This document shows positions 9,650 through 17,596 of a stretch of 32,000 nucleotides of DNA, one piece after another. Positions within the stretch are counted from its first letter, which is position 1, and each line of letters starts with the position of its first letter. The stretch covers positions 257,893-289,892 of the forward strand of contig NZ_JAFBDW010000004.1 of the NCBI RefSeq assembly GCF_016908415.1, written 5' to 3'. The DNA comes from Caldicoprobacter guelmensis (GTDB lineage: Bacteria > Bacillota > Clostridia > Caldicoprobacterales > Caldicoprobacteraceae). Both the position numbers and the translations under genes were made by a program. The notes under the pieces were generated by a model. That model saw only the letters and a program-made list of their open reading frames with translations. It was not told the DNA's origin and searched no databases.

Positions 9650-10102
9650 ATGGGGGAGATGCAGTTTGTGGTGTTCAGGCTGGGTAATGAGATATACGGA
9701 GCGCAAATACACAACATACAGGAAATCATTTTGCCGGTAAAGCCAACCAAGGTGCCGAACAATCCTGACTTCATCGAAGGTGTGATAGATTACCGTCAAG
9801 AGGTTGTACCGGTGCTAGACCTTAAAAAGAGATTTAAACTAGGGCAGTCGGATTATGGCCGGGGGGCGCGTTTTATTGTAGCAGAGGTAGGCAAAAACAA
9901 AATAGCCTTTATAGTGGATGAGGTCACAGAGGTTTTGAGGATTGATTCTTCTAAGATAAGTGCTCCCCCTGAGATGACCAGGATAAACAAGGATTACATA
10001 AGTGGCGTTGCTAAATTAGAGAGCGGGTTGGTTATACTCCTTGATCTGTCAAAAGTGCTTACAGTTACCGAGCAGGAGATATTGGAAGCTGCAATAAATT
10101 AA
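9650..10102 (+). CDS. cheW: chemotaxis coupling protein CheW (orphan, single CheW domain)
   Basis: Start moved to the ATG at 9650, downstream of GAGAGGGGGA. 150 aa; typical CheW sequence (QFVVFRLGNEIYGAQI, VPNNPDFIEGVIDYRQEVVPVLDLKKRF, AFIVDEVTEVL). No other che genes in the window. Confidence 0.85.
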   Translation: MGEMQFVVFRLGNEIYGAQIHNIQEIILPVKPTKVPNNPDFIEGVIDYRQEVVPVLDLKKRFKLGQSDYGRGARFIVAEVGKNKIAFIVDEVTEVLRIDSSKISAPPEMTRINKDYISGVAKLESGLVILLDLSKVLTVTEQEILEAAIN

Positions 10103-10124
10103 CGACTGGTTTTACATAAAATAG

Positions 10125-10172
10125 AAAGGCAATTCATCCTTGCCTTTGACAAGGCAGGGGTGAATTGCCTTT
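10125..10172. terminator. bidirectional rho-independent terminator between convergent cheW and the ferritin-like gene
   Basis: Long hairpin AAAGGCAATTCA (10125-10136) / TGAATTGCCTTT (10161-10172) with an inner CCTTGCC/GGCAGGG stem; T-rich tracts follow it on both strands. Confidence 0.7.
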
Positions 10173-10188
10173 TTCGTTTATATGCCTT

Positions 10189-10782
10189 TTAATTCATGGT
10201 GCCCCTGTGGTGTTCATGCATCAAATAAGGGATTCTCATGGCGTGTTGTGCCTCTGATGTCCTGGTCATAAAGAACAGGTCACGGAGATAAGCGTTGGGG
10301 GCTCTGAGGTATTCTTCTCCGTATTTCTTGTAGTCATTAGTTTCGGCTAGTATTCTCTGCTGTAATGCTTCCATGAAATCGTCGGGGACTTTGGGGTCCT
10401 CGATTTTCGGGGGCTGATACCTTCTCCCGGTTAACATACAATAGGCGCTCATGAAGTTTTGGGCGTGCATCTTCTCGTCTCTGCTAAATTCCATAAGTAG
10501 GTCTTTTGCTCTTTGGGTAGGTGCTTTTTGTGCTAAAAGTTCGTAATACCTGCTGTCTGTGAGCTCGTCTTTAATATATTCTTCAAGGTTTCTTATAAGG
10601 TCGGGCAGTACAGGATACCAGTGGTGTCCCATTTCTGGACCGTAAGGGTCCCAGCAGCCGTAGTGCTCATTATCCATGTTGTAATTGCTGTATTCGGGGT
10701 AGTAACCATTGAAGTAATTATTATAGTAATCATCGTAATAGTTGTAGTCATCATGATAATTTGTACCGTTATATCTGTACAC
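10189..10782 (-). CDS. ferritin-like (rubrerythrin-type four-helix-bundle) protein with a Tyr/Asn/Asp-rich N-terminal low-complexity tail; possible spore-coat protein
   Basis: Start moved to the second GTG (10782), 6 nt after GGAGGTG. N-terminus: YRYNGTNYHDDYNYYDDYYNNYFNGYYPEYSNYN. C-terminal domain has di-iron type ligand spacing: E (IKDELTD), ExxH (DEKMH), E (LAETNDY), ExxH (SEAQH). Confidence 0.7.
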   Translation of the reverse strand: MYRYNGTNYHDDYNYYDDYYNNYFNGYYPEYSNYNMDNEHYGCWDPYGPEMGHHWYPVLPDLIRNLEEYIKDELTDSRYYELLAQKAPTQRAKDLLMEFSRDEKMHAQNFMSAYCMLTGRRYQPPKIEDPKVPDDFMEALQQRILAETNDYKKYGEEYLRAPNAYLRDLFFMTRTSEAQHAMRIPYLMHEHHRGTMN

Positions 10783-11099
10783 CTTATTCACCTCCAGGAA
10801 TTTGTGTATTTATCTTTTAACATTAACATTCTATGAAATAGGCTGAAATAAGGTTCTAGAAAAAATAGCAAATTTTCAGATTAAAGGTTGGGCTAAAATT
10901 ACAAAAGTGTGGAAATGAGTAAACATTTGAAATACTTCAATATGAAATAATACAGGGAGATAAAGAGATGTAAGGCTTCAACGCTTTCTCAAATAATATC
11001 AGATGCTGTTTTTTGAGGATTTTATTTGAGTTTTAATATGCTTATAATTAGATAAAACAAAATTAATTTGCGCTCTAGCAGATTGTATTTAAGGAGGAA

Positions 11100-12122
11100 G
11101 TGATTGAGTTGGACGGTGAAGCCTCATCATACAGAGTAGGTTTGGCCTTTAATTTGAAAAAAGGCATCCAAGGCAGCGTGGAGGACATCGAGGCCGAGTA
11201 TGACAGCATAGATACGGTAATGGCCATTAAAAATGCGTTGGAGGCCACCGGCTGTCAGGTGGAACTGATGGAGGCCGACCACACTTTTTTGGATAAGCTT
11301 AAACGGACAAAAGTGGACATCGTGTTTAACATTGCCGAAGGATTAGGAGGACGGGGAAGGGAAGCGCACGTTCCCGCTATTCTTAGCTTTTTGGGCATAC
11401 CTTTCACTGGGTCTGACGAAACCACTTTATGCATTGCGCTTGATAAGGCACTTACCAAAAGGCTGCTCACTTCTTTTAGGATTCTGACGCCCAAGCATCA
11501 GCTCATATCTTATCAGGGCGAAAGGATAAGGCGTGATTTGAAGTTTCCCATCATCGTCAAGCCTAATGCCGAGGGTTCCAGCAAAGGAATATCCAGTATG
11601 GCTGTAGTGGATAATATGGAACAGCTCAAGGTTTTGCTTGAGAGAAACTTCCGACTCTATAGTCAGCCTATGCTGATAGAAGAGTTCATTCCTGGTCGAG
11701 AGTTTACGGTGGGCGTTATAGGCAATGGCCCTGAAACCAGGGTTTTTACTCCAATGGAAATCGTGTATAAGGAGGATCGGAACGGGAGAAACATATACAG
11801 CTTTGATGTTAAAAAGGATTATAAAAAATATGTTGAGTATGTGTGTCCGCCTGATTTAAGCCTTGAGTTGCAAAGGGAGCTTATGGATATTGCGGGCAAG
11901 GTTTACCGTGCGTTACAGTGCAGGGATTTTGCGCGTATGGATTTCCGCATGTCAAAGGACAATAGGTTTTATTTTATCGAGATTAATCCTCTTCCGGGTT
12001 TGGCACCAGGATACAGCGATTATCCGATGATAGCAGAGTTTTGTGGAGTGGAATATAATACATTGATAAAGATGATATTGAATAGCGCCCTAAAGCGGTA
12101 TGGCATGGCTCCCGTTATGTAA
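11100..12122 (+). CDS. ATP-grasp ligase of the D-alanine--D-alanine ligase family (non-canonical N-terminus)
   Basis: About 340 aa. Ddl-like motifs: FPIIVKPNAEGSSKGI, MLIEEFIPGREFTVGVIG, ARMDFRMSKDNRFYFIEINPLPGL. Lacks the housekeeping Ddl N-terminal GGxSxEhxVS motif. GTG 11100 is only 2 nt from AGGAGG (11092-11097), so the in-frame TTG at 11109 may be the real start. Confidence 0.85.
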   Translation: MIELDGEASSYRVGLAFNLKKGIQGSVEDIEAEYDSIDTVMAIKNALEATGCQVELMEADHTFLDKLKRTKVDIVFNIAEGLGGRGREAHVPAILSFLGIPFTGSDETTLCIALDKALTKRLLTSFRILTPKHQLISYQGERIRRDLKFPIIVKPNAEGSSKGISSMAVVDNMEQLKVLLERNFRLYSQPMLIEEFIPGREFTVGVIGNGPETRVFTPMEIVYKEDRNGRNIYSFDVKKDYKKYVEYVCPPDLSLELQRELMDIAGKVYRALQCRDFARMDFRMSKDNRFYFIEINPLPGLAPGYSDYPMIAEFCGVEYNTLIKMILNSALKRYGMAPVM

Positions 12123-12194
12123 AAATCAATCTCTCAATGCGCGCTTGTCGGGCGTTTTTGATTTTAAAAATTATTAAGGAAAGAAGATGGTGGT

Positions 12195-13310
12195 GTGAGA
12201 GATTATCATTCAATAGAATTATGGGAAGATGTAGAGCCTGACCAGTGGTACGATTGGAGGTGGCAGGTTAAGAACAGGGTTACCACTGTAGAACAGTTAG
12301 CAAAGGTCATATCTCTGTCTGATGAGCAACAAAAAGAGATAGAGATGTGTCTTGGTAAATACAGGATGGCCATTACCCCTTATTATGCCACGTTGATGGA
12401 TCCAGAGAATCCAAGGTGTCCTATACGGGCACAAGCGGTTCCAACTGTCAACGAGTTGGTGTTTAGGCCAGACGAGTTAACAGACCCGCTTGGAGAGGAT
12501 GCGGATTCCCCTGTCCCCAATATAGTGCACCGTTACCCTGATAGGGTATTGTTTATATTGACTCACAAGTGCTCCATGTATTGCAGGCACTGTACGAGGC
12601 GGCGCTTCGTTGGCGAGGAGGACTTTTCAATAAGCAACAAGGCTATAGACCAGGCGATAGAGTATATAAGGGTTAACCGAAACATACGGGATGTTCTGTT
12701 ATCAGGTGGAGATCCACTTATACTCTCTGATGAGTTTTTGGAGCGCATAATTTCAAGGTTAAGGGATATTCCGCATGTGGACATCATACGAATAGGAACG
12801 CGAACTCCTGTGGTGTTGCCCATGAGGATTACTGACGAGTTGTTAAACATGTTGAAGAAATATCACCCTATCTGGATCAACACTCACTTCAATCATCCGA
12901 GCGAACTTACGCCACAATCTGTAGCAGCCTGTGAAAAGATAGTGGATGCAGGAATACCTTTAGGAAATCAAACGGTGTTATTAAAGGGTGTTAATGATAA
13001 TGTGGAAACTATGAAGGAGCTACTGTTGAAACTCGTTAAAGCCAGGGTACGTCCTTATTATTTGTACCAGTGCGATATTGCACAAGGGATAAGCCATTTT
13101 AGGACGCCGGTAGAGACGGGTATTGACATAATAAAGAATCTCAGGGGCTATATATCCGGTTATGCCGTTCCCACTTACGTAATCGATGCCCCTGGTGGTG
13201 GAGGAAAAATTCCAATAGGCCCGGACTACATTGTAACAATGGCCAATGATAAGGTGGTGTTGAAGAATTACCTGGATAAGATTTACGTCTATCCCAACAT
13301 AGCATCATAA
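12195..13310 (+). CDS. kamA: KamA-family radical SAM aminomutase, lysine-2,3-aminomutase type, short form (371 aa)
   Basis: WYDWRWQ N-terminal motif; radical SAM cluster CSMYCRHCTRRR; PLP-lysine motif APGGGGK. Asp retained in YQCD and VIDAP, the positions recalled as binding the lysine epsilon-amino group in the Clostridium enzyme. Ends without the C-terminal Cys-rich tail. Confidence 0.9.
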   Translation: MRDYHSIELWEDVEPDQWYDWRWQVKNRVTTVEQLAKVISLSDEQQKEIEMCLGKYRMAITPYYATLMDPENPRCPIRAQAVPTVNELVFRPDELTDPLGEDADSPVPNIVHRYPDRVLFILTHKCSMYCRHCTRRRFVGEEDFSISNKAIDQAIEYIRVNRNIRDVLLSGGDPLILSDEFLERIISRLRDIPHVDIIRIGTRTPVVLPMRITDELLNMLKKYHPIWINTHFNHPSELTPQSVAACEKIVDAGIPLGNQTVLLKGVNDNVETMKELLLKLVKARVRPYYLYQCDIAQGISHFRTPVETGIDIIKNLRGYISGYAVPTYVIDAPGGGGKIPIGPDYIVTMANDKVVLKNYLDKIYVYPNIAS

Positions 13311-13343
13311 AAAATAAGAGGCGTTTTGCCTCTTATTTTTTTA
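13311..13343 (+). terminator. rho-independent terminator of the ATP-grasp/kamA operon
   Basis: AATAAGAGGC (13313-13322) / GCCTCTTATT (13328-13337) hairpin followed by a T-run. Confidence 0.85.
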
Positions 13344-13369
13344 TTGATAGCGTTATTGGACATTTTTTG

Positions 13370-13525
13370 GCCCCCTTTTATTATGTTTTAGGTTCCTGAA
13401 AAGTCTAAAAATTTTATTTTAGCTTTGTTACAGATTCGATTTGAGGGCTTCACCCCCTAATTATTCTGCAAGGTTACTCTAACCAATTGTTGTGCCTATG
13501 CTGTGTGGCTACTTTTCTATAGTGT
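13370..13525 (+). repeat. dispersed intergenic repeat, copy B (same orientation as copy A)
   Basis: See copy A. GAAAAGT at 13398-13404 and ACTTTTC at 13511-13517; roughly three quarters identical to 9312-9475 by hand alignment, with a few small indels. Confidence 0.8.
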
Positions 13526-13711
13526 TCATGTTATTGGTTATTTATAAGTTAAGAATCTCCTCCCGTTGATACCTGGCTGGTGATATTAAGTTATGGTTAT
13601 ATGGTCACTGCTCCGTTATATCTTAATTATAATGCTTGTCATGTAGGAAAAGTAGAGGGTGTTTAGAAAAATTTTAAAAAAGCACTTAGCTAGTTTCATT
13701 TTTCGAGCATG

Positions 13712-13744
13712 AAAAAAACCGCTCAATCCTTACGGATGAGCGGC
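13712..13744 (-). terminator. rho-independent terminator downstream of tRNA-Pro
   Basis: On the minus strand: CCGCTCATCCGTAAGGATTGAGCGG hairpin followed by TTTTTTT. Confidence 0.75.
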
Positions 13745-13751
13745 TTTGCGT

Positions 13752-13828
<77 letters not shown>

Positions 13829-13850
13829 ATAACCATTTTGAGCATTATCA

Positions 13851-13879
13851 ATGATACTACAAATTCCTCAAAAATGCAA
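13851..13879 (-). promoter_or_regulatory. sigmaA-type promoter candidate for tRNA-Pro
   Basis: Minus strand: TTGCAT (13879-13874), 17 nt spacer, TATCAT (13856-13851); about 20 nt upstream of the tRNA 5' end. Confidence 0.45.
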
Positions 13880-13912
13880 GACCCAATTTTGAGCGAATTT
13901 TTCAATACGAAA

Positions 13913-13941
13913 TTGACAACAAAGCGCGTTTATGCTACAAT
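13913..13941 (+). promoter_or_regulatory. near-consensus sigmaA promoter of the rplU-prp-rpmA operon
   Basis: TTGACA (13913-13918), 17 nt spacer, TGcTACAAT extended -10 (TACAAT at 13936-13941). Confidence 0.6.
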
Positions 13942-13947
13942 TAGCGA

Positions 13948-14030
13948 GTGCATGAACCGCTCGAATGTGGTTCTAAAATCCCCTTTATTGGGATACCAAC
14001 ATTCGGCGAGTCTGGTTGGAGGAGGTTATG
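13948..14030 (+). ncRNA. structured 5' leader of rplU, candidate L21 ribosomal-protein leader
   Basis: Long imperfect hairpin at 13962-14005 (CGAATGTGGT...ATCCC CTTTATT GGGAT...ACCAACATTCG) between the promoter and the GGAGGAGG RBS. The position matches the L21 leader described in low-GC Gram-positives; no covariance model was run. Confidence 0.4.
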
Positions 14031-14034
14031 CAAT

Positions 14035-14349
14035 ATGTATGCTATCATTAGGACAGGTGGGAAGCAGTATAGGGTGCATGAAGGGGATATTTTGAATGTT
14101 GAAAAGCTGGATGCGCCGGAAGGGTCAACCATTGAGATCAGCGAGGTACTGGCTGTAAGTGATGATGAAAATAAGCTGAAGGTGGGGACTCCTCTGCTGG
14201 AAGGTGCAAAGGTGGAGGCCGAGGTTTTGAAGCATGGGAAGGGCAAGAAGATTATCGTGTACAAGTACAAGCCCAAGAAGAATTATCGTAGGAAATATGG
14301 CCACCGTCAACCTTATACCCAGATCCGCATCACCAAGATTATCGGTTAA
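14035..14349 (+). CDS. rplU: 50S ribosomal protein L21
   Basis: Start moved to the ATG at 14035 ([14 protein letters not shown]...), downstream of GGAGGAGG; 104 aa. Confidence 0.95.
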   Translation: MYAIIRTGGKQYRVHEGDILNVEKLDAPEGSTIEISEVLAVSDDENKLKVGTPLLEGAKVEAEVLKHGKGKKIIVYKYKPKKNYRRKYGHRQPYTQIRITKIIG

Positions 14350-14387
14350 AATTTGTTGATTATAGTGGTTTGATAGCGGTTTGACTT

Positions 14388-14723
14388 ATGATCCGTGTGG
14401 TTATAAAGAGGGACTATGGGGGAGATATAGTAGGTTTTGAAGTATATGGCCATTCGGGATATGCCGAGGCCGGTAAAGATATAGTGTGTGCTGCCGTGTC
14501 GGCGGTTGTTCAGACCGCCGTTCTGGGCCTGACGGATGTGTTGGGTCTGGAAGTTGAGTATGAGCAGAGGCCGGGGAAAGCGCGGTGTAACCTTTCTGAG
14601 GCACTTTCTCAGGACCTTAGAGAAAAGGCAAATGTGATTTTGGAAACCATGCTGTGCGGATTAAAGAGCATAGAAGAGGGGTACGGGACATACATTAAAG
14701 TTGAGGAAAGGAGGTTGAGGTAG
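14388..14723 (+). CDS. prp: ribosomal-processing cysteine protease Prp (YsxB family)
   Basis: 111 aa; GFEVYGHSGYAEAGKDIVCAAVSAVVQTA contains the conserved His and Cys; located between rplU and rpmA as in other Firmicutes. Confidence 0.9.
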   Translation: MIRVVIKRDYGGDIVGFEVYGHSGYAEAGKDIVCAAVSAVVQTAVLGLTDVLGLEVEYEQRPGKARCNLSEALSQDLREKANVILETMLCGLKSIEEGYGTYIKVEERRLR

Positions 14724-15035
14724 ATGTTTAGGATGAATCTTCAGCTTTTTGCACACAAAAAAGGGGTAGGTAGTTCACGTAACGGGCGTGACAGCGAATC
14801 AAAGCGCCTGGGTGTAAAGAGGTTTGATGGCCAGTTTGTACGTGCAGGCAACATCTTGGTACGTCAGAGAGGAACCAAGATACATCCAGGTTTAAATGTT
14901 GGTTTGGGTAAGGATGATACCCTCTTTGCTAAGGTTGACGGTGTGGTAAAGTTTGAAAGGCTTGGTAAGGACAAGAAGAAGGTAAGCGTATATCCTATGG
15001 AGCAGCTGGCGGAAGCTGCTGCTGCGCACCAGTGA
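14724..15035 (+). CDS. rpmA: 50S ribosomal protein L27 with cleavable N-terminal propeptide
   Basis: [10 protein letters not shown] / [22 protein letters not shown]: a Prp cleavage-type motif (NLQLFA) precedes the conserved mature N-terminus. The ATG directly follows the prp stop. Confidence 0.95.
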   Translation: MFRMNLQLFAHKKGVGSSRNGRDSESKRLGVKRFDGQFVRAGNILVRQRGTKIHPGLNVGLGKDDTLFAKVDGVVKFERLGKDKKKVSVYPMEQLAEAAAAHQ

Positions 15036-15049
15036 TAAGGTGACGCATA

Positions 15050-15087
15050 AAAGGCCTGTTATGCGGCAGGCCTTTTATTTTTTTGGG
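15050..15087 (+). terminator. rho-independent terminator of the rplU operon
   Basis: AGGCCTG (15052-15058) / CAGGCCT (15067-15073) hairpin followed by TTTTATTTTTTT. Confidence 0.85.
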
Positions 15088-15256
15088 TGGGAAAGTGATG
15101 GCAGATTTTAATATGCGTGAATATATTGAATACAAAGCCCAAGATAATGGCATAAACTATAATGGTCTTTCCGTATTCAAAAGAGGGAGACAGGGCAAAT
15201 AAGCCAATTGGTCATGTGTGATTGAACAAAATAGCTGTAGGGTGGGTGAGGTTGAA

Positions 15257-15727
15257 GTGTTTAGGCCGTATATGGCTATTGCCAAGATAAAGGGGGGACC
15301 ACTGGCTCCCCAACTTAAAGGAGTGGTGGTGTTTACTGATGTGCCCGGTGGTACAGAGGTTTATGTTGAGGTGATGGGGCTTCCACAGTATCAGCCAGCC
15401 TCTCCTGGAGGGCAGCCCATAGGACCACACGGCTTTCATATCCACGAGTATGGTGATTGCGATGTTGGAGACCCACAAGACCCATTTCAGCAGGCGGGAG
15501 GACACTGGAATCCGACACAGCAACTCCACGGGAACCATGCAGGGGATTTTCCGGTACTGTTTTCAAACAACGGCTATGCCAGGATGACTTTTTTCACTGA
15601 TAAGTTCAAGGTATGGGAGGTGGTGGGACGATCAGTTATTATCCATGAAAACCCAGATGATTATCGCTCTCAACCTGCTGGAAATGCTGGTAGGAGATTG
15701 GGCTGTGGTGTCATTTGTTTGTACTAA
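15257..15727 (+). CDS. sodC: Cu/Zn superoxide dismutase family protein without a signal peptide
   Basis: Metal-ligand pattern conserved: FHIHEYGDC, GGHWNP, LHGNHAGD, IIHENPDD, GNAGRRLGCGVI. Start uncertain: GTG 15257 sits 5 nt after GGTGAGG; alternatives are GTG 15218 and ATG 15272. No hydrophobic leader with any of these starts. Confidence 0.85.
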   Translation: MFRPYMAIAKIKGGPLAPQLKGVVVFTDVPGGTEVYVEVMGLPQYQPASPGGQPIGPHGFHIHEYGDCDVGDPQDPFQQAGGHWNPTQQLHGNHAGDFPVLFSNNGYARMTFFTDKFKVWEVVGRSVIIHENPDDYRSQPAGNAGRRLGCGVICLY

Positions 15728-15918
15728 AGTGTTGAGAAGGTTCTTTTATAGATGAGCAAAAACATTTCCAGTAAATTTCTATTTACGTATTTATGTGTGT
15801 ATTTCTCAGAGATATAAAGTTTCCCAGAATACAGGATGAGAAGATTGAATACCTTCTTTTATTTTTTTACAAATTTTCGAAATAATAAAAATCAAAGGAG
15901 TTTTAAATAAGGATTGTG

Positions 15919-17254
<1,336 letters not shown>

Positions 17255-17299
17255 TGGATTGTTATCAATTCGTTTAGTAGGGGGTCAAGAAAAGCGGCT

Positions 17300-17485
17300 A
17301 TGGAGTGCATTCAGTGCCAGAACTGCAAGATGGGTCAGCCTATGTACTATTGTGCTGCCAAAGGTGAATTTATAATCGACACTTCTAAGACGACGGTAAT
17401 AGAAAAGACCAGGAGTGGTTGGAAAAAAGGCGACCCGAAATATGAGCTGCACAGAAGGAAAAACCGCAAAGAAGTGGAAGTATAA
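17300..17485 (+). CDS. small basic Cys-rich hypothetical protein (CxxCxxCx8C)
   Basis: 61 aa ORF 45 nt after obg; N-terminal CIQCQNCKMGQPMYYC, Lys/Arg-rich C-terminus; followed by the hairpin AAGGGCAA (17486-17493) / TTGCCCTT (17507-17514); no family recognised. Confidence 0.4.
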   Translation: MECIQCQNCKMGQPMYYCAAKGEFIIDTSKTTVIEKTRSGWKKGDPKYELHRRKNRKEVEV

Positions 17486-17596
17486 AAGGGCAACGCCATG
17501 TTAGGCTTGCCCTTTCGAGTTTTTGGTTAGCCCGTTTTTGCCAGTAGCTAGGGGCATAGGGACTTCTTTAGATTGATAAGCTTGATAAATTATGCC

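Noticed and set aside
9331-9687. 118 aa ORF in the prfB-cheW intergenic region
   Set aside because: It lies entirely on the dispersed repeat and its partial duplicate, which is why the peptide contains ILACL twice. It has no SD, and the second repeat copy at 13370-13525 does not preserve the frame. It also runs into the cheW start region. It is best explained as non-coding repeat DNA.
10621-10836. 71 aa Val/Ile-rich ORF on the + strand
   Set aside because: It is the mirror image of the Tyr/Asn/Asp codon repeats of the ferritin-like gene on the minus strand, so it is a low-complexity artefact.
10792-11099. Lysine (L-box) or other riboswitch upstream of the ATP-grasp/kamA cassette
   Set aside because: The 300 bp region is AT-rich. 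It lacks the multi-stem GC-containing junction expected of an L-box, and I recognised none of its conserved motifs. It is more likely a divergent promoter region.
13531-13711. Possible small gene or sRNA between repeat copy B and the tRNA terminator (17-codon hydrophobic ORF at about 13602)
   Set aside because: There is no SD and no convincing promoter/terminator pair, and the ORF is very short. The evidence is insufficient.
13838-14276. ORFs 13838-14095 (+), 13941-14276 (-) and the long N-terminal extension of the rplU ORF (13948)
   Set aside because: They overlap the tRNA/rplU promoter region and the leader hairpin. The conserved L21 N-terminus [11 protein letters not shown] begins at 14035 and has a strong SD.
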